From positions 5,715 to 42,997 of the forward strand of contig DJML01000052.1 of assembly GCA_002436505.1 (NCBI GenBank): a stretch of 37,283 nt of DNA, in the 5' to 3' direction. Made by a program: the position numbers and the translations under genes. Each line of letters starts with the position of its first letter. The first letter of the stretch is position 1. Shown here piece after piece: positions 1 to 8,413 of this stretch. Source of the DNA: Bacteroidetes bacterium UBA6491 (GTDB taxonomy: Bacteria; Bacteroidota; Bacteroidia; NS11-12g; UBA9320). Under the pieces are notes generated by a model, which saw only the letters and a list, made by a program, of their open reading frames with translations, did no database searches and had not been told where the DNA came from.

Positions 1-992
1 TTATCTTTCAGGTTCTCCGGCAGATCGTTCATCTGAGAAGCGATCTTGTCAGAGCTGTTGATCTTAGCCGCTCTTTCCAGCAAACGGGAGTGAAGATAAA
101 AAACATCACCGGGGTATGCCTCACGGCCCGGAGGACGTCTCAGCAGCAGCGAAACCTCACGATAGGCCACGGCTTGTTTTGACAGATCATCATAAATGAT
201 CAAAGCAGGACGACCAGTATCGCGGAAATACTCACCAATTGCAGCACCTGCCAACGGGGCATAGAACTGCATAGGAGCAGGATCTGCAGCAGTAGACGCA
301 ACGACTATGGTGTAGGCCATTGCTCCTCTTTCTTCAAGGGCTTTAACAACCTGCTTAACTGTTGATGCTTTCTGACCACATGCAACGTATATACAATAAA
401 CCGGTTCTCCTTTGTCGTAGAACTCTTTCTGGTTGATGATCGTATCGATCGCAACAGCAGTTTTACCTGTCTGACGGTCACCAATGATAAGCTCACGCTG
501 TCCACGGCCGATCGGGATCATAGCATCGATTGCCTTAATACCTGTCTGAAGCGGTTCAGTAACCGGCTCACGATAAATAACTCCCGGGGCCTTTCTTTCC
601 AAAGGCATTTCCAGCAATTCGCCGCTAAAAGCACCTTTACCATCGATTGGCTGTCCAAGTGTATTCACCACACGTCCAAGCATACCTTCTCCCACATTGA
701 TTGAAGCGATACGGTTAGTACGTTTAACGCTGTCACCTTCTTTGATCTCAGCTGACTCGCCAAGTAAAACGGCACCTACGTTATCTTCTTCAAGGTTTAG
801 TACGATCGCCTGAATGCCATTTTCAAATTCGATCAATTCACCAGATCTGACCTGGTTCAATCCGTGAATACGAGCAATACCGTCACCCACCTGGAGAACG
901 GTCCCTACTTCTTCTAATTTGGCATCGGTTTGAATATCAGCAAGCTGCTGCTTTAGAATATCTGATACTTCGTCCGGTCTGATTTGCGCCAT
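1..992 (-). CDS. atpA: F0F1 ATP synthase subunit alpha, N-terminal ~330 aa (3' end runs off the window)
   Basis: Absent from the ORF track because it is open at the window edge. My minus-strand translation from the ATG at 992..990 gives [17 protein letters not shown]...[21 protein letters not shown] (Walker A)...[26 protein letters not shown], uninterrupted to base 1. It lies 7 nt downstream of atpH, as in canonical atp operons. Confidence 0.95.
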   Translation of the reverse strand, partial: MAQIRPDEVSDILKQQLADIQTDAKLEEVGTVLQVGDGIARIHGLNQVRSGELIEFENGIQAIVLNLEEDNVGAVLLGESAEIKEGDSVKRTNRIASINVGEGMLGRVVNTLGQPIDGKGAFSGELLEMPLERKAPGVIYREPVTEPLQTGIKAIDAMIPIGRGQRELIIGDRQTGKTAVAIDTIINQKEFYDKGEPVYCIYVACGQKASTVKQVVKALEERGAMAYTIVVASTAADPAPMQFYAPLAGAAIGEYFRDTGRPALIIYDDLSKQAVAYREVSLLLRRPPGREAYPGDVFYLHSRLLERAAKINSSDKIASQMNDLPENLKD

Positions 993-999
993 AACGGTA

Positions 1000-1539
1000 T
1001 TAATTATAAATTAATTTTTTCTTTATTTCGTTTAATTCTCTTGCAACACTGAGGTCCAGCAATTTGTTATCGTATTCGATCACCATTCCTCCTATTGCTT
1101 TTTCATCCACTATGTTCACCAACTGGATGTCTTCTTTTTGTACAGCCCCTTTCAGGTACTTGCGAACCTTTTCAAGGATGTCTTCACTCAAAGGAATTGC
1201 AGAAGTCACTTTGGCCCTGGCAATACCTTTGCTGTCTTCATACCTCCTGATGAATTCTTCGCAGATACTCACCAGTTGGGCTTCGCGTCGCTTTCCTGCC
1301 AGCAATCGAAAAAAAGCAACGGTCCTGTCATGAACACCATTGAAAGTGGTTTCAAGGACCTTTAATTTTTTATCGGCCGGTATTACCGGGCTGCGAAGCA
1401 AGTCCGCAAGATCTTTGCTATGCGTAGCCACTTTGATCACTGTCTGCAGGTCGTTATAAATAGCTTCTACACTATTCTCTTCCTGAGCCAGTTCAAACAA
1501 TGACTTCGCGTAGCGATTTGCAATTCTGTAGTCCGACAT
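1000..1539 (-). CDS. atpH: F0F1 ATP synthase subunit delta (OSCP)
   Basis: 179-aa ORF packed between atpF (1-nt gap) and atpA (7-nt gap). Size, position and the helical N-terminus ([12 protein letters not shown]...) fit the delta/OSCP family. Confidence 0.85.
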   Translation of the reverse strand: MSDYRIANRYAKSLFELAQEENSVEAIYNDLQTVIKVATHSKDLADLLRSPVIPADKKLKVLETTFNGVHDRTVAFFRLLAGKRREAQLVSICEEFIRRYEDSKGIARAKVTSAIPLSEDILEKVRKYLKGAVQKEDIQLVNIVDEKAIGGMVIEYDNKLLDLSVARELNEIKKKLIYN

Positions 1540-1540
1540 A

Positions 1541-2044
1541 TTAACTCAATTGAGCTCTTTTCAGGTGCTCCTGAACCAATTCCTCCTGCTTGGTTCTGTC
1601 TTCAAATTCTTTTCGAAGGACCTTCTCTGCTATTTCAACAGATAAAGCTGCAACCTGCTTTTTAACGTCAGACATTGCTCTTGCTTTTTCTTTTGAAATT
1701 TCCTCACGTGCATTTGAGATCAAACGCTCCCCTTCCGCTGCAGCTGTCGCTTTGGCTTCACCAAGGATGGTCTCCTTCATTTCTCGTGCTTCTTTAAGGA
1801 TAATCTCTCTTTCTGCTCTTGCTTCAGCCAAAAGTTTTTCATTGTCAGATTTCAATCTTGACATTTCTGCTTTTGCTTCTTCCGCAGATTTAAGTGACTT
1901 ATCGATGAATTCTTCTCTTTCACGCAGCGAATTCAGGATCGGCTTCCATGCCATTTTCTTTAGCAGGAATGCAACGATAAGAAACGCAACGGAGGTCCAG
2001 ATAATGGTACCTAAGGAAGCATCTAATAATCCAAGAATAATCAT
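1541..2044 (-). CDS. atpF: F0F1 ATP synthase subunit b
   Basis: 167 aa. One N-terminal TM helix (IIWTSVAFLIVAFLL) followed by a long charged Ala/Glu/Lys/Arg-rich helix. Lies between atpE and atpH. Confidence 0.85.
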   Translation of the reverse strand: MIILGLLDASLGTIIWTSVAFLIVAFLLKKMAWKPILNSLREREEFIDKSLKSAEEAKAEMSRLKSDNEKLLAEARAEREIILKEAREMKETILGEAKATAAAEGERLISNAREEISKEKARAMSDVKKQVAALSVEIAEKVLRKEFEDRTKQEELVQEHLKRAQLS

Positions 2045-2075
2045 AATATTCTCTTAAACGGGTTTACAAATAACC

Positions 2076-2104
2076 CCGGCGGGCAGGTAATACGGCCCGC
2101 CAGG
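2076..2104 (-). terminator. GC-rich stem-loop between atpE and atpF (candidate intra-operon attenuator or mRNA stabiliser)
   Basis: ggcgggc (2078..2084) pairs with gcccgcc (2095..2101), with a 10-nt loop. The stem extends by cc/gg across one bulged A. It starts 14 nt downstream of the atpE stop on the minus strand. Only a weak T-run (GGGGTTATTTGT) follows. Confidence 0.4.
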
Positions 2105-2117
2105 ATAATAATATTTT

Positions 2118-2363
<246 letters not shown>

Positions 2364-2402
2364 CTACTTTTTGTATATTGTTTTATTTCAGTTAAACACG
2401 TA

Positions 2403-3674
2403 TTAATGATGTGCCTCCTCTACTGCTGACCCAAAATATAGGGCAGACAACAAAGTGAACACGTATGCCTGTAAAAATGCTACCAGTAATTCTATGAAAA
2501 ACATGAACACCATGAACAGGGTACTCCCGATAGCCAGTCCAATTCCTGCACCCCAGTTGGGAGCTAAAGAAACCGGATCAGAACCGAAAATAAATATCAA
2601 ACCTGTAAAAGCAAGGATAATGATATGCCCGGCCGTGATGTTTGCTGTAAGTCGCACCATCAATACCGCCGGTTTAATAAATATCCCCAGCAATTCAATA
2701 GGCACCAGTATAAGCTTGATAGGCCAGGGTACACCGGGAGGCCATGCAAGGTGCATCCAGTAATGCTTGTTGCCGTTGATTGTTGTAATTATAAATACGA
2801 TCAATGCCAGAACAATTGTAACAGACATTGTACCCATCACATTAAAGGCACCGATAAAAGGTATCAGTCCCAACATATTTGCCATCCAGATGAAAAAGAA
2901 TATCGTCATCAGAAATGGCATGAATTTATCTGCTTTCTTAGCACCAATTGAAGGCACAGCGACCTCATCCCTGACAAACAGAATTAGTGGCTCCATTAAA
3001 GACTGCAATCCTTTCGGAGCAGATTTACCTCTTTTCCTGTACGCTCTTGCCACAGATGCAAAGATCAATACACACAGCAAACCTGTAAAGAACAGTCCTA
3101 CCACTGATTTGGTGATAGAAACATCTAAAGGAGACATCGGAACCATTACTGCCACATCTTCACCTGCTTCATTTTTTTCTATCACTTCTTCCTTTAGGAT
3201 GTTGCCATTCTCGTCACCATAGAAGATCATTTCGTCATGGTTCATTACGAAACCGTCGTGAACATATACATGCCCTTCGGCAGAATGAACCGGATGATGA
3301 TAGAAGTGGTTGCTGCTAAATACCTTTAGACCGTCATTGGTCCAGAGAATTACCGGCAGTGGAAGAGACCAGTGTTTTTCATCCACTGTGTTCGGGCTGG
3401 TTGTAAAGAAATGGATCTGATGAGCATCAGCAACGTGGTGCATGATCCATTCTCCGATTTTCCATCCTTCCTCTTCATGCTCTTGCCCGTGTTCTTCACC
3501 ATGAACCTCCTCTGCATGCGAAACATGCTCTTCGGAATGGGTTTGAGACCATCCGTTTTGGCTCCAAAACGTCAAAAAAGTCAACAAAAGGGCAAATAAA
3601 CCAACTTTATTGACTCTCGTAACAACCTTATTATCAGTCCTTTGTAACTTCAATTCTGCTGTTTTTTTCGGCAC
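2403..3674 (-). CDS. atpB: F0F1 ATP synthase subunit a, long form with N-terminal extension
   Basis: 423 aa. The C-terminal half carries the subunit-a hallmark Arg helix (MVRLTANITAGH) and a multi-TM core. The N-terminal ~190 aa are extra (see findings). The start at 3674 overlaps the upstream ORF by 41 nt, and no other in-frame ATG precedes the signal-like helix. Confidence 0.9.
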   Translation of the reverse strand: MPKKTAELKLQRTDNKVVTRVNKVGLFALLLTFLTFWSQNGWSQTHSEEHVSHAEEVHGEEHGQEHEEEGWKIGEWIMHHVADAHQIHFFTTSPNTVDEKHWSLPLPVILWTNDGLKVFSSNHFYHHPVHSAEGHVYVHDGFVMNHDEMIFYGDENGNILKEEVIEKNEAGEDVAVMVPMSPLDVSITKSVVGLFFTGLLCVLIFASVARAYRKRGKSAPKGLQSLMEPLILFVRDEVAVPSIGAKKADKFMPFLMTIFFFIWMANMLGLIPFIGAFNVMGTMSVTIVLALIVFIITTINGNKHYWMHLAWPPGVPWPIKLILVPIELLGIFIKPAVLMVRLTANITAGHIIILAFTGLIFIFGSDPVSLAPNWGAGIGLAIGSTLFMVFMFFIELLVAFLQAYVFTLLSALYFGSAVEEAHH

Positions 3675-4032
3675 GCAATTTAGCGACTAAATGAATTAAT
3701 TCAAACATTGTAAAAAAGAAATACATGCTCATGAAAAGTATCACAAACGGAACGTCTTTTTTGTCGCTGATTATCAGGTAACTAACTATAAAAAGAATAC
3801 TTAAAAAAAATCTCAATGCGGATGCTCCGCCAACTGCATATAAAAAAGTACTTGCCTTGCCTGTCATTGAAACTCTAATTAGCAATGAATTGATAAGCGA
3901 AATAACCAGATAAAGACCTGCGGCTGCATATGGCCAGTTATCGTCGGGAACAATCTCTGCTACAACAAGCAAACGGCTAACGACCACAAAAGCTGCGGTC
4001 AGAAGGAATATGATAGGATAGAAATATTTCAT
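3634..4032 (-). CDS. Small four-TM membrane protein, AtpI-like by position
   Basis: 132 aa with four hydrophobic helices and no motif I can name. It sits between the AtpZ-type gene and atpB, where AtpI-type genes lie. The assignment rests on context only. Confidence 0.5.
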   Translation of the reverse strand: MKYFYPIIFLLTAAFVVVSRLLVVAEIVPDDNWPYAAAGLYLVISLINSLLIRVSMTGKASTFLYAVGGASALRFFLSILFIVSYLIISDKKDVPFVILFMSMYFFFTMFELIHLVAKLRAEKNSRIEVTKD

Positions 4033-4079
4033 CCGGCGAAAAAATTGCGCCGCAAAAATACCACGTTTCCTTCTTAAAT

Positions 4080-4295
4080 CTACTTAATGGACCTTATAAG
4101 TTTGATCATGGCTCCGGTTACACCAACAATACTAAAAATCAAAGTAAACCAGGGCGTTTCATTTTTGAGATAGTCATCAAGTTTGACGCCAATAAAAGCC
4201 ATTACGCCCGCAATTAGTGCGATCTGAATTCCAAGTGAGGAATATTTAAGATAATTGTCGACCGTTTCTTTATTCCCGGCCTCCGGCTTTTTCAT
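4080..4295 (-). CDS. AtpZ/AtpI family small membrane protein
   Basis: 71 aa with two TM helices. YLKYSSLGIQIALIAGVMAFIGVKLDDYL resembles the AtpZ/AtpI (ATPase_gene1) family. Its ATG shares a base with the bactofilin stop (TAATG). Confidence 0.7.
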   Translation of the reverse strand: MKKPEAGNKETVDNYLKYSSLGIQIALIAGVMAFIGVKLDDYLKNETPWFTLIFSIVGVTGAMIKLIRSIK

Positions 4296-4732
4296 TATGG
4301 TGCTATAACCGCCTTTTCATCTGCCATTTCGCTGACAGTACTTCCAGAGCTACCTCGTCCCATTGTAACATTCTCATTTCCCATGGAACATTTGCCGTTG
4401 AATTCACTGCCCGATTCTATGACCAGTTTTCCTGTTTCAATGTCACCGAATACTCTTGCCGTTGATTTCAGGAATAGTGTCTCCTTGATGTTGATGTTTC
4501 CTTTAATATGTCCTGAAATATCTGCGGATCTGGCTATTACATCTCCTTCGATCGAACCGGAAACGCCAAGGACCACCTTGTTATTGGTGTTAAGTACGCC
4601 TTTAACCTTACCGTCGATTCTGATGTCGCCTTTTGAATTTAAGTTTCCTTCGATCACCGTACCTTCACCGATAACATTAATTGATCCGGTAGATACTACT
4701 TCGTTCGTTTTTTGTGTTCTGCTAGATTTCAT
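4295..4732 (-). CDS. Bactofilin (polymer-forming cytoskeletal protein)
   Basis: 145 aa. Successive beta-helix windings (VIEGNLNSKGDIRIDGKVKG / VVLGVSGSIEGDVIA / ISGHIKGNINI / VFGDIETGKLVIESGSEFNG) are typical of the bactofilin DUF583 core, flanked by short unstructured tails. Confidence 0.85.
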   Translation of the reverse strand: MKSSRTQKTNEVVSTGSINVIGEGTVIEGNLNSKGDIRIDGKVKGVLNTNNKVVLGVSGSIEGDVIARSADISGHIKGNINIKETLFLKSTARVFGDIETGKLVIESGSEFNGKCSMGNENVTMGRGSSGSTVSEMADEKAVIAP

Positions 4733-4810
4733 ACCCCAATTCTATTCTTGATTTTCAGACAATTTACATCAAATTTTTAAGCCGGAGTTCTTAATGCTAT
4801 TCCGGGCCTG

Positions 4811-4818
4811 CAAAATTA
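4811..4818 (-). promoter_or_regulatory. Possible internal -7 box TAATTTTG upstream of bactofilin
   Basis: The plus strand reads CAAAATTA, overlapping the M23 stop codon, 78 nt before the bactofilin ATG at 4732. This could be a chance match. Confidence 0.25.
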
Positions 4819-5667
4819 AAACAAAATATAATCCCTGGGATCCAGGGGGGCGCCATTATACCATAGCTCAAAATGTAAATGCGGTCCTGTCGTAATTTCA
4901 CCTGAATTGCCCACCAGTGCTATCACCTCACCTGCTTTTACAAAATTACCTTCTTTTTTCAACAATACCGAATTGTGCTTATATACCGAAAGGAGATTGT
5001 CCATGTGCTGCAGGATGATCACATGACCCGCTTCAGGTGTCCACGAACTGAAGATCACGTTCCCGTCAAGGACTGCCTTCACGGAAGCATTATTATAGGC
5101 TACAATATCCAGTGCCCTGTGATCTTTCACATGGCTGAAAGTGTCTGTTATTACACCTTTCAGCGGTGTTATGAATGAATAATTCAAACGGTCATCGGTT
5201 CCTCCCGATACTATACGTATCCCTTTTTCTTCCTGCTCTTCTCTGAATTTCGCCTCCTCCTCTCCGATCGCATTATCAGTAAGCGCTGACACTGAATCGT
5301 CAAGAGACGTGCTCTGGGGGTGGTCGTTAGGGGCATCCTCTCCTTTTAAAATCCGCATGAGGTTTTGGTCTCGTTGAGAGCTGAACTGTATCTGAAGTTC
5401 AAGTGAGTCGATTTTCTGATGCAATTCTGACAGTTGCCAGTCGTCGCTTGCGGTTTCATATCCCGGGATCCATTCTTTTGCCGGCGTAAAAAAAAGGATA
5501 AGCACCACAAATGTGGCAATCAGAACAAAGGTCCCGCTGACAAGCAGGATCAGGTTCAACGGAGTTAGCACCACGGAGATCCTTTCCTCTAGGCTCATGT
5601 CGTTGCGAATGATCATCCGGTATCGGTTCCTGATCTTCTTTGTGAGTAGCTCCTTTAACTTTTTCAT
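4816..5667 (-). CDS. M23 family metallopeptidase (bitopic, LytM domain)
   Basis: 283 aa. Basic N-terminal tail, one TM helix (LILLVSGTFVLIATFVVLILFF), a Q/E-rich linker, and a C-terminal M23 domain with HxxxD (HRALD) and HxH (HLHFE) intact. Confidence 0.9.
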   Translation of the reverse strand: MKKLKELLTKKIRNRYRMIIRNDMSLEERISVVLTPLNLILLVSGTFVLIATFVVLILFFTPAKEWIPGYETASDDWQLSELHQKIDSLELQIQFSSQRDQNLMRILKGEDAPNDHPQSTSLDDSVSALTDNAIGEEEAKFREEQEEKGIRIVSGGTDDRLNYSFITPLKGVITDTFSHVKDHRALDIVAYNNASVKAVLDGNVIFSSWTPEAGHVIILQHMDNLLSVYKHNSVLLKKEGNFVKAGEVIALVGNSGEITTGPHLHFELWYNGAPLDPRDYILF

Positions 5668-5789
5668 ATCTGCTTTAAATGGCTGTCAGTCTTAGCTTTT
5701 GATCGCAAAATACTGAACGCACTTATTAAATAGGCTTTCTGTTACCTTAAACAAGGATATTCAAATGGAAAGAAATAATATTGCAAATT

Positions 5790-5797
5790 CAAAGTTA
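5790..5797 (-). promoter_or_regulatory. -7 box TAACTTTG upstream of the M23 / bactofilin / atp gene string
   Basis: The plus strand reads CAAAGTTA. Exact match, 122 nt before the M23 ATG at 5667. It is the only match in this divergent intergenic region. Confidence 0.3.
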
Positions 5798-5827
5798 TTA
5801 CTATAACTGACATATATATTTAACGGA

Positions 5828-8413
5828 TTGAAATTTCGCTTGAAAAAGTACATTGGCGTATTGACCATAATTTTAACCATTCTGACCAGTGCCGGAGCGC
5901 AGGATCAGGACGGTTGGCTTAAAAGAAAATGGCACGACATGAATGCCAGATTCAATGGGTACTATCATGCCAAAATTCTCGTCCAGGGAGCCGTTAAAAA
6001 CCTGGAAGCAGCAAATACCGATAATTTTAGCGAAATATTAAGTGTCTTTCCCTATGGCACAGAGGAAAATGCCAAGACTGTTTCCGCTGACATGGACAAA
6101 GTTTACGAGAAAACTACAAAGGTTAATCGTAAGCACCCGAACAGTAAATGGGAAGATGATTGTTACATGTTGCTTGGCCAGTCCTATTTCTTTAAGTTCG
6201 AGAATTATGAGGCAATAGAGATCTTTCAGCACGTCAATAAGAAATACAGGGATTTCAGCACGCATTACGATGCCCAGCTTTGGATCCTAAAAACTTACAT
6301 AAGGCAGGAAAGATATAATGACGCAGAAGCGATCATGGGGTTTTTTATTCAGGATGCCAATTTCCCGAACAGGTTACAAAAAGATGTGAATGCGGTGGCA
6401 GCCGAGATCTATATTAAACAGGGCAAATATGCTTCGGGAATTGAGAAACTTGAAAAAGCACTTGAGTTAAGTAAATCTAGAAATGAAAAATACCGGTGGA
6501 GCTATATCCTAGGGCAGCTTTATGTTCTTGATCAGGACTGGATTAAGGCAAGAAATTATTTCGTTCGGTCCATTAAATTAAATCCGCCTTATGAAATGGC
6601 TTTTCAGGCGAATCTGGGACTAATAAAGACCATTAGCATGGGTGAAGGTTCTTTGAAAACACCTAAGAAATACCTTAACCGGATGCTCAAAGACGACAAG
6701 AACATAGATTACTATGATCAGATCTACTTTGAACTGGCCAAAATCGCGATCAAAGAGAACAATCTTGATCAGGCAATTAAATATTACCAGCTCTCTGCAA
6801 GAAAAAGCACCAAAAACACCGATCAGAAAGCGAGTGCCTATCTTGAGCTGGCGAACATCTATTTCAAACAAAGGGATTATCCAAAGTCTCAGGCATATTT
6901 TGACAGCACGGTTACGTTCATCTCTGAGAACCATGAAGATTACAATGAAATAAAATCAAGGCACCTGATACTGACTGACCTGATAGACAACCTTGTCACT
7001 GTTCATGAGCAGGACAGTCTTCTTGATCTGGCGGAAATGCCACTTGAAGAACTTGAAAAGTATATTGATGACATCATAACAAAGAAAGCGATTGAAGCAG
7101 AAAGGCGAGCTACCGAGAAGGAAATGAACTCAATGACCAATCAGTTCAATCAACCGAAAAGAATACAACAACAAACAACTACCGGAAGCGGATTTTATTT
7201 TTACAATCAGGCGGCCGTTTCAAGGGGTGCCGCGGAATTTTCCAGAAAGTGGGGCAGCCGTAAATTAACGGACTACTGGCGAATTGCTTCAAGGGCCCGG
7301 AACGAGACACGTCCTGAGATCGAAGAACCCAAACAAGTGGAAGAACAGCGTTTGACCTACAACCAGGAGGAAGACAAGGAACAACAGACCATCTTGAAAG
7401 AAGTACCAAAGGAAAAACGTGAATATTTTCAGAATATTCCGCTTTCAGAACTTGGCAAAGAGATCGCTCACCGAAAAATAGAAGAAGCTCTTTTTAACAT
7501 AGGTCTTCTTTATGAAGAGAAACTTAAAGAATATGACACAGCGATCATTTATTACAATAAAATGCTCGATCGTTATCCCAATTCGAGATTTGCAGCTGAA
7601 ACGTACTTTCACCTCCACAAATGCCATTCAAAAACCAACAGACCGGAAAAGGCAGAAGAATACGCCAGGATCCTTGATGAGAGATTTAGTGAGACAGAAT
7701 ATAACCTCGTGGTCAACAATCGTGATGTAGAGCGAGCGCCAGGGGAAGAAGATGCCGTTCTAATTCTTTATGAAAATATGTACAATGCCTATAAATCAGG
7801 TTTCTACGACAGCGCAATAAACATAAGGGAAGAGGCGAATAAAAAATATTTTGGGAATTCTATTCAAGCCAAATACGATTATCTGTATGCAATGATTGTT
7901 GGAGAGAAAGGCGATATCGAAAAATACATTGAATTGCTTCAGAACATTATACAAACCTATCCGGGTACGCAGATAGCCAATGAAGCAGAATATACTGTTG
8001 AATATTTAAGCAGAAAAGCGAATGAAGAGGAAGGCGTCATTGCCGAAGATAGTAAATTCGTTTTTGACCCTTCTGCAGAGCATATGTTCATGGTCGTTTT
8101 TGACGGGGGTAAAACAGCCGATATTCTCATCGCATTCTCAAACTACAATAAGGAGTATCACCGCTTGAAGGACTTTAAAGTAAAACCTTATGCCCTCGGG
8201 GAAAAACAAATTATAACCGTCCAGTCATTCAGTAACAAGGATGAAGCTGAAAAATACTATATTGAATTTATTAAAAACGATAAATTCTTTAAGGACCTCG
8301 GGATCCTTGGTTATGATAATTACTTCATATCCAAGCTAAACCTTACAATTATGCTGAAGGAAGGAAATGCTGAGAGCTATTCCAGTTTCTTCCTGATTAA
8401 TTATATCCAGTAA
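5828..8413 (+). CDS. TPR-repeat protein, T9SS/gliding PorW/SprE-like
   Basis: 861 aa with many TPR-like repeats. The N-terminal WHDMNARFNGYYH and the NSKWEDDCYMLLGQSYFF block resemble what I recall of the SprE/PorW family. The only usable start is TTG at 5828: an in-frame TAA lies at 5804 and no ATG precedes residue 37. Cleavable-type signal peptide. The family call is from memory, not from a search. Confidence 0.6.
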   Translation: MKFRLKKYIGVLTIILTILTSAGAQDQDGWLKRKWHDMNARFNGYYHAKILVQGAVKNLEAANTDNFSEILSVFPYGTEENAKTVSADMDKVYEKTTKVNRKHPNSKWEDDCYMLLGQSYFFKFENYEAIEIFQHVNKKYRDFSTHYDAQLWILKTYIRQERYNDAEAIMGFFIQDANFPNRLQKDVNAVAAEIYIKQGKYASGIEKLEKALELSKSRNEKYRWSYILGQLYVLDQDWIKARNYFVRSIKLNPPYEMAFQANLGLIKTISMGEGSLKTPKKYLNRMLKDDKNIDYYDQIYFELAKIAIKENNLDQAIKYYQLSARKSTKNTDQKASAYLELANIYFKQRDYPKSQAYFDSTVTFISENHEDYNEIKSRHLILTDLIDNLVTVHEQDSLLDLAEMPLEELEKYIDDIITKKAIEAERRATEKEMNSMTNQFNQPKRIQQQTTTGSGFYFYNQAAVSRGAAEFSRKWGSRKLTDYWRIASRARNETRPEIEEPKQVEEQRLTYNQEEDKEQQTILKEVPKEKREYFQNIPLSELGKEIAHRKIEEALFNIGLLYEEKLKEYDTAIIYYNKMLDRYPNSRFAAETYFHLHKCHSKTNRPEKAEEYARILDERFSETEYNLVVNNRDVERAPGEEDAVLILYENMYNAYKSGFYDSAINIREEANKKYFGNSIQAKYDYLYAMIVGEKGDIEKYIELLQNIIQTYPGTQIANEAEYTVEYLSRKANEEEGVIAEDSKFVFDPSAEHMFMVVFDGGKTADILIAFSNYNKEYHRLKDFKVKPYALGEKQIITVQSFSNKDEAEKYYIEFIKNDKFFKDLGILGYDNYFISKLNLTIMLKEGNAESYSSFFLINYIQ

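Noticed and set aside
305-505. 66-aa minus-strand ORF from the track.
   Set aside because: It lies wholly inside the atpA reading frame in a different frame. atpA is unambiguous (Walker A and conserved blocks), so this is a frame artefact.
5488-5495. A8 homopolymer (T8 on the coding strand) inside the M23 gene, and a T8 run at 29963..29970 inside the MFS gene, considered as phase-variation tracts.
   Set aside because: Both encode Phe-rich membrane segments in frame. Eight bases is short for a contingency locus, and nothing else suggests switching, such as an alternative frame or a surface-antigen context.
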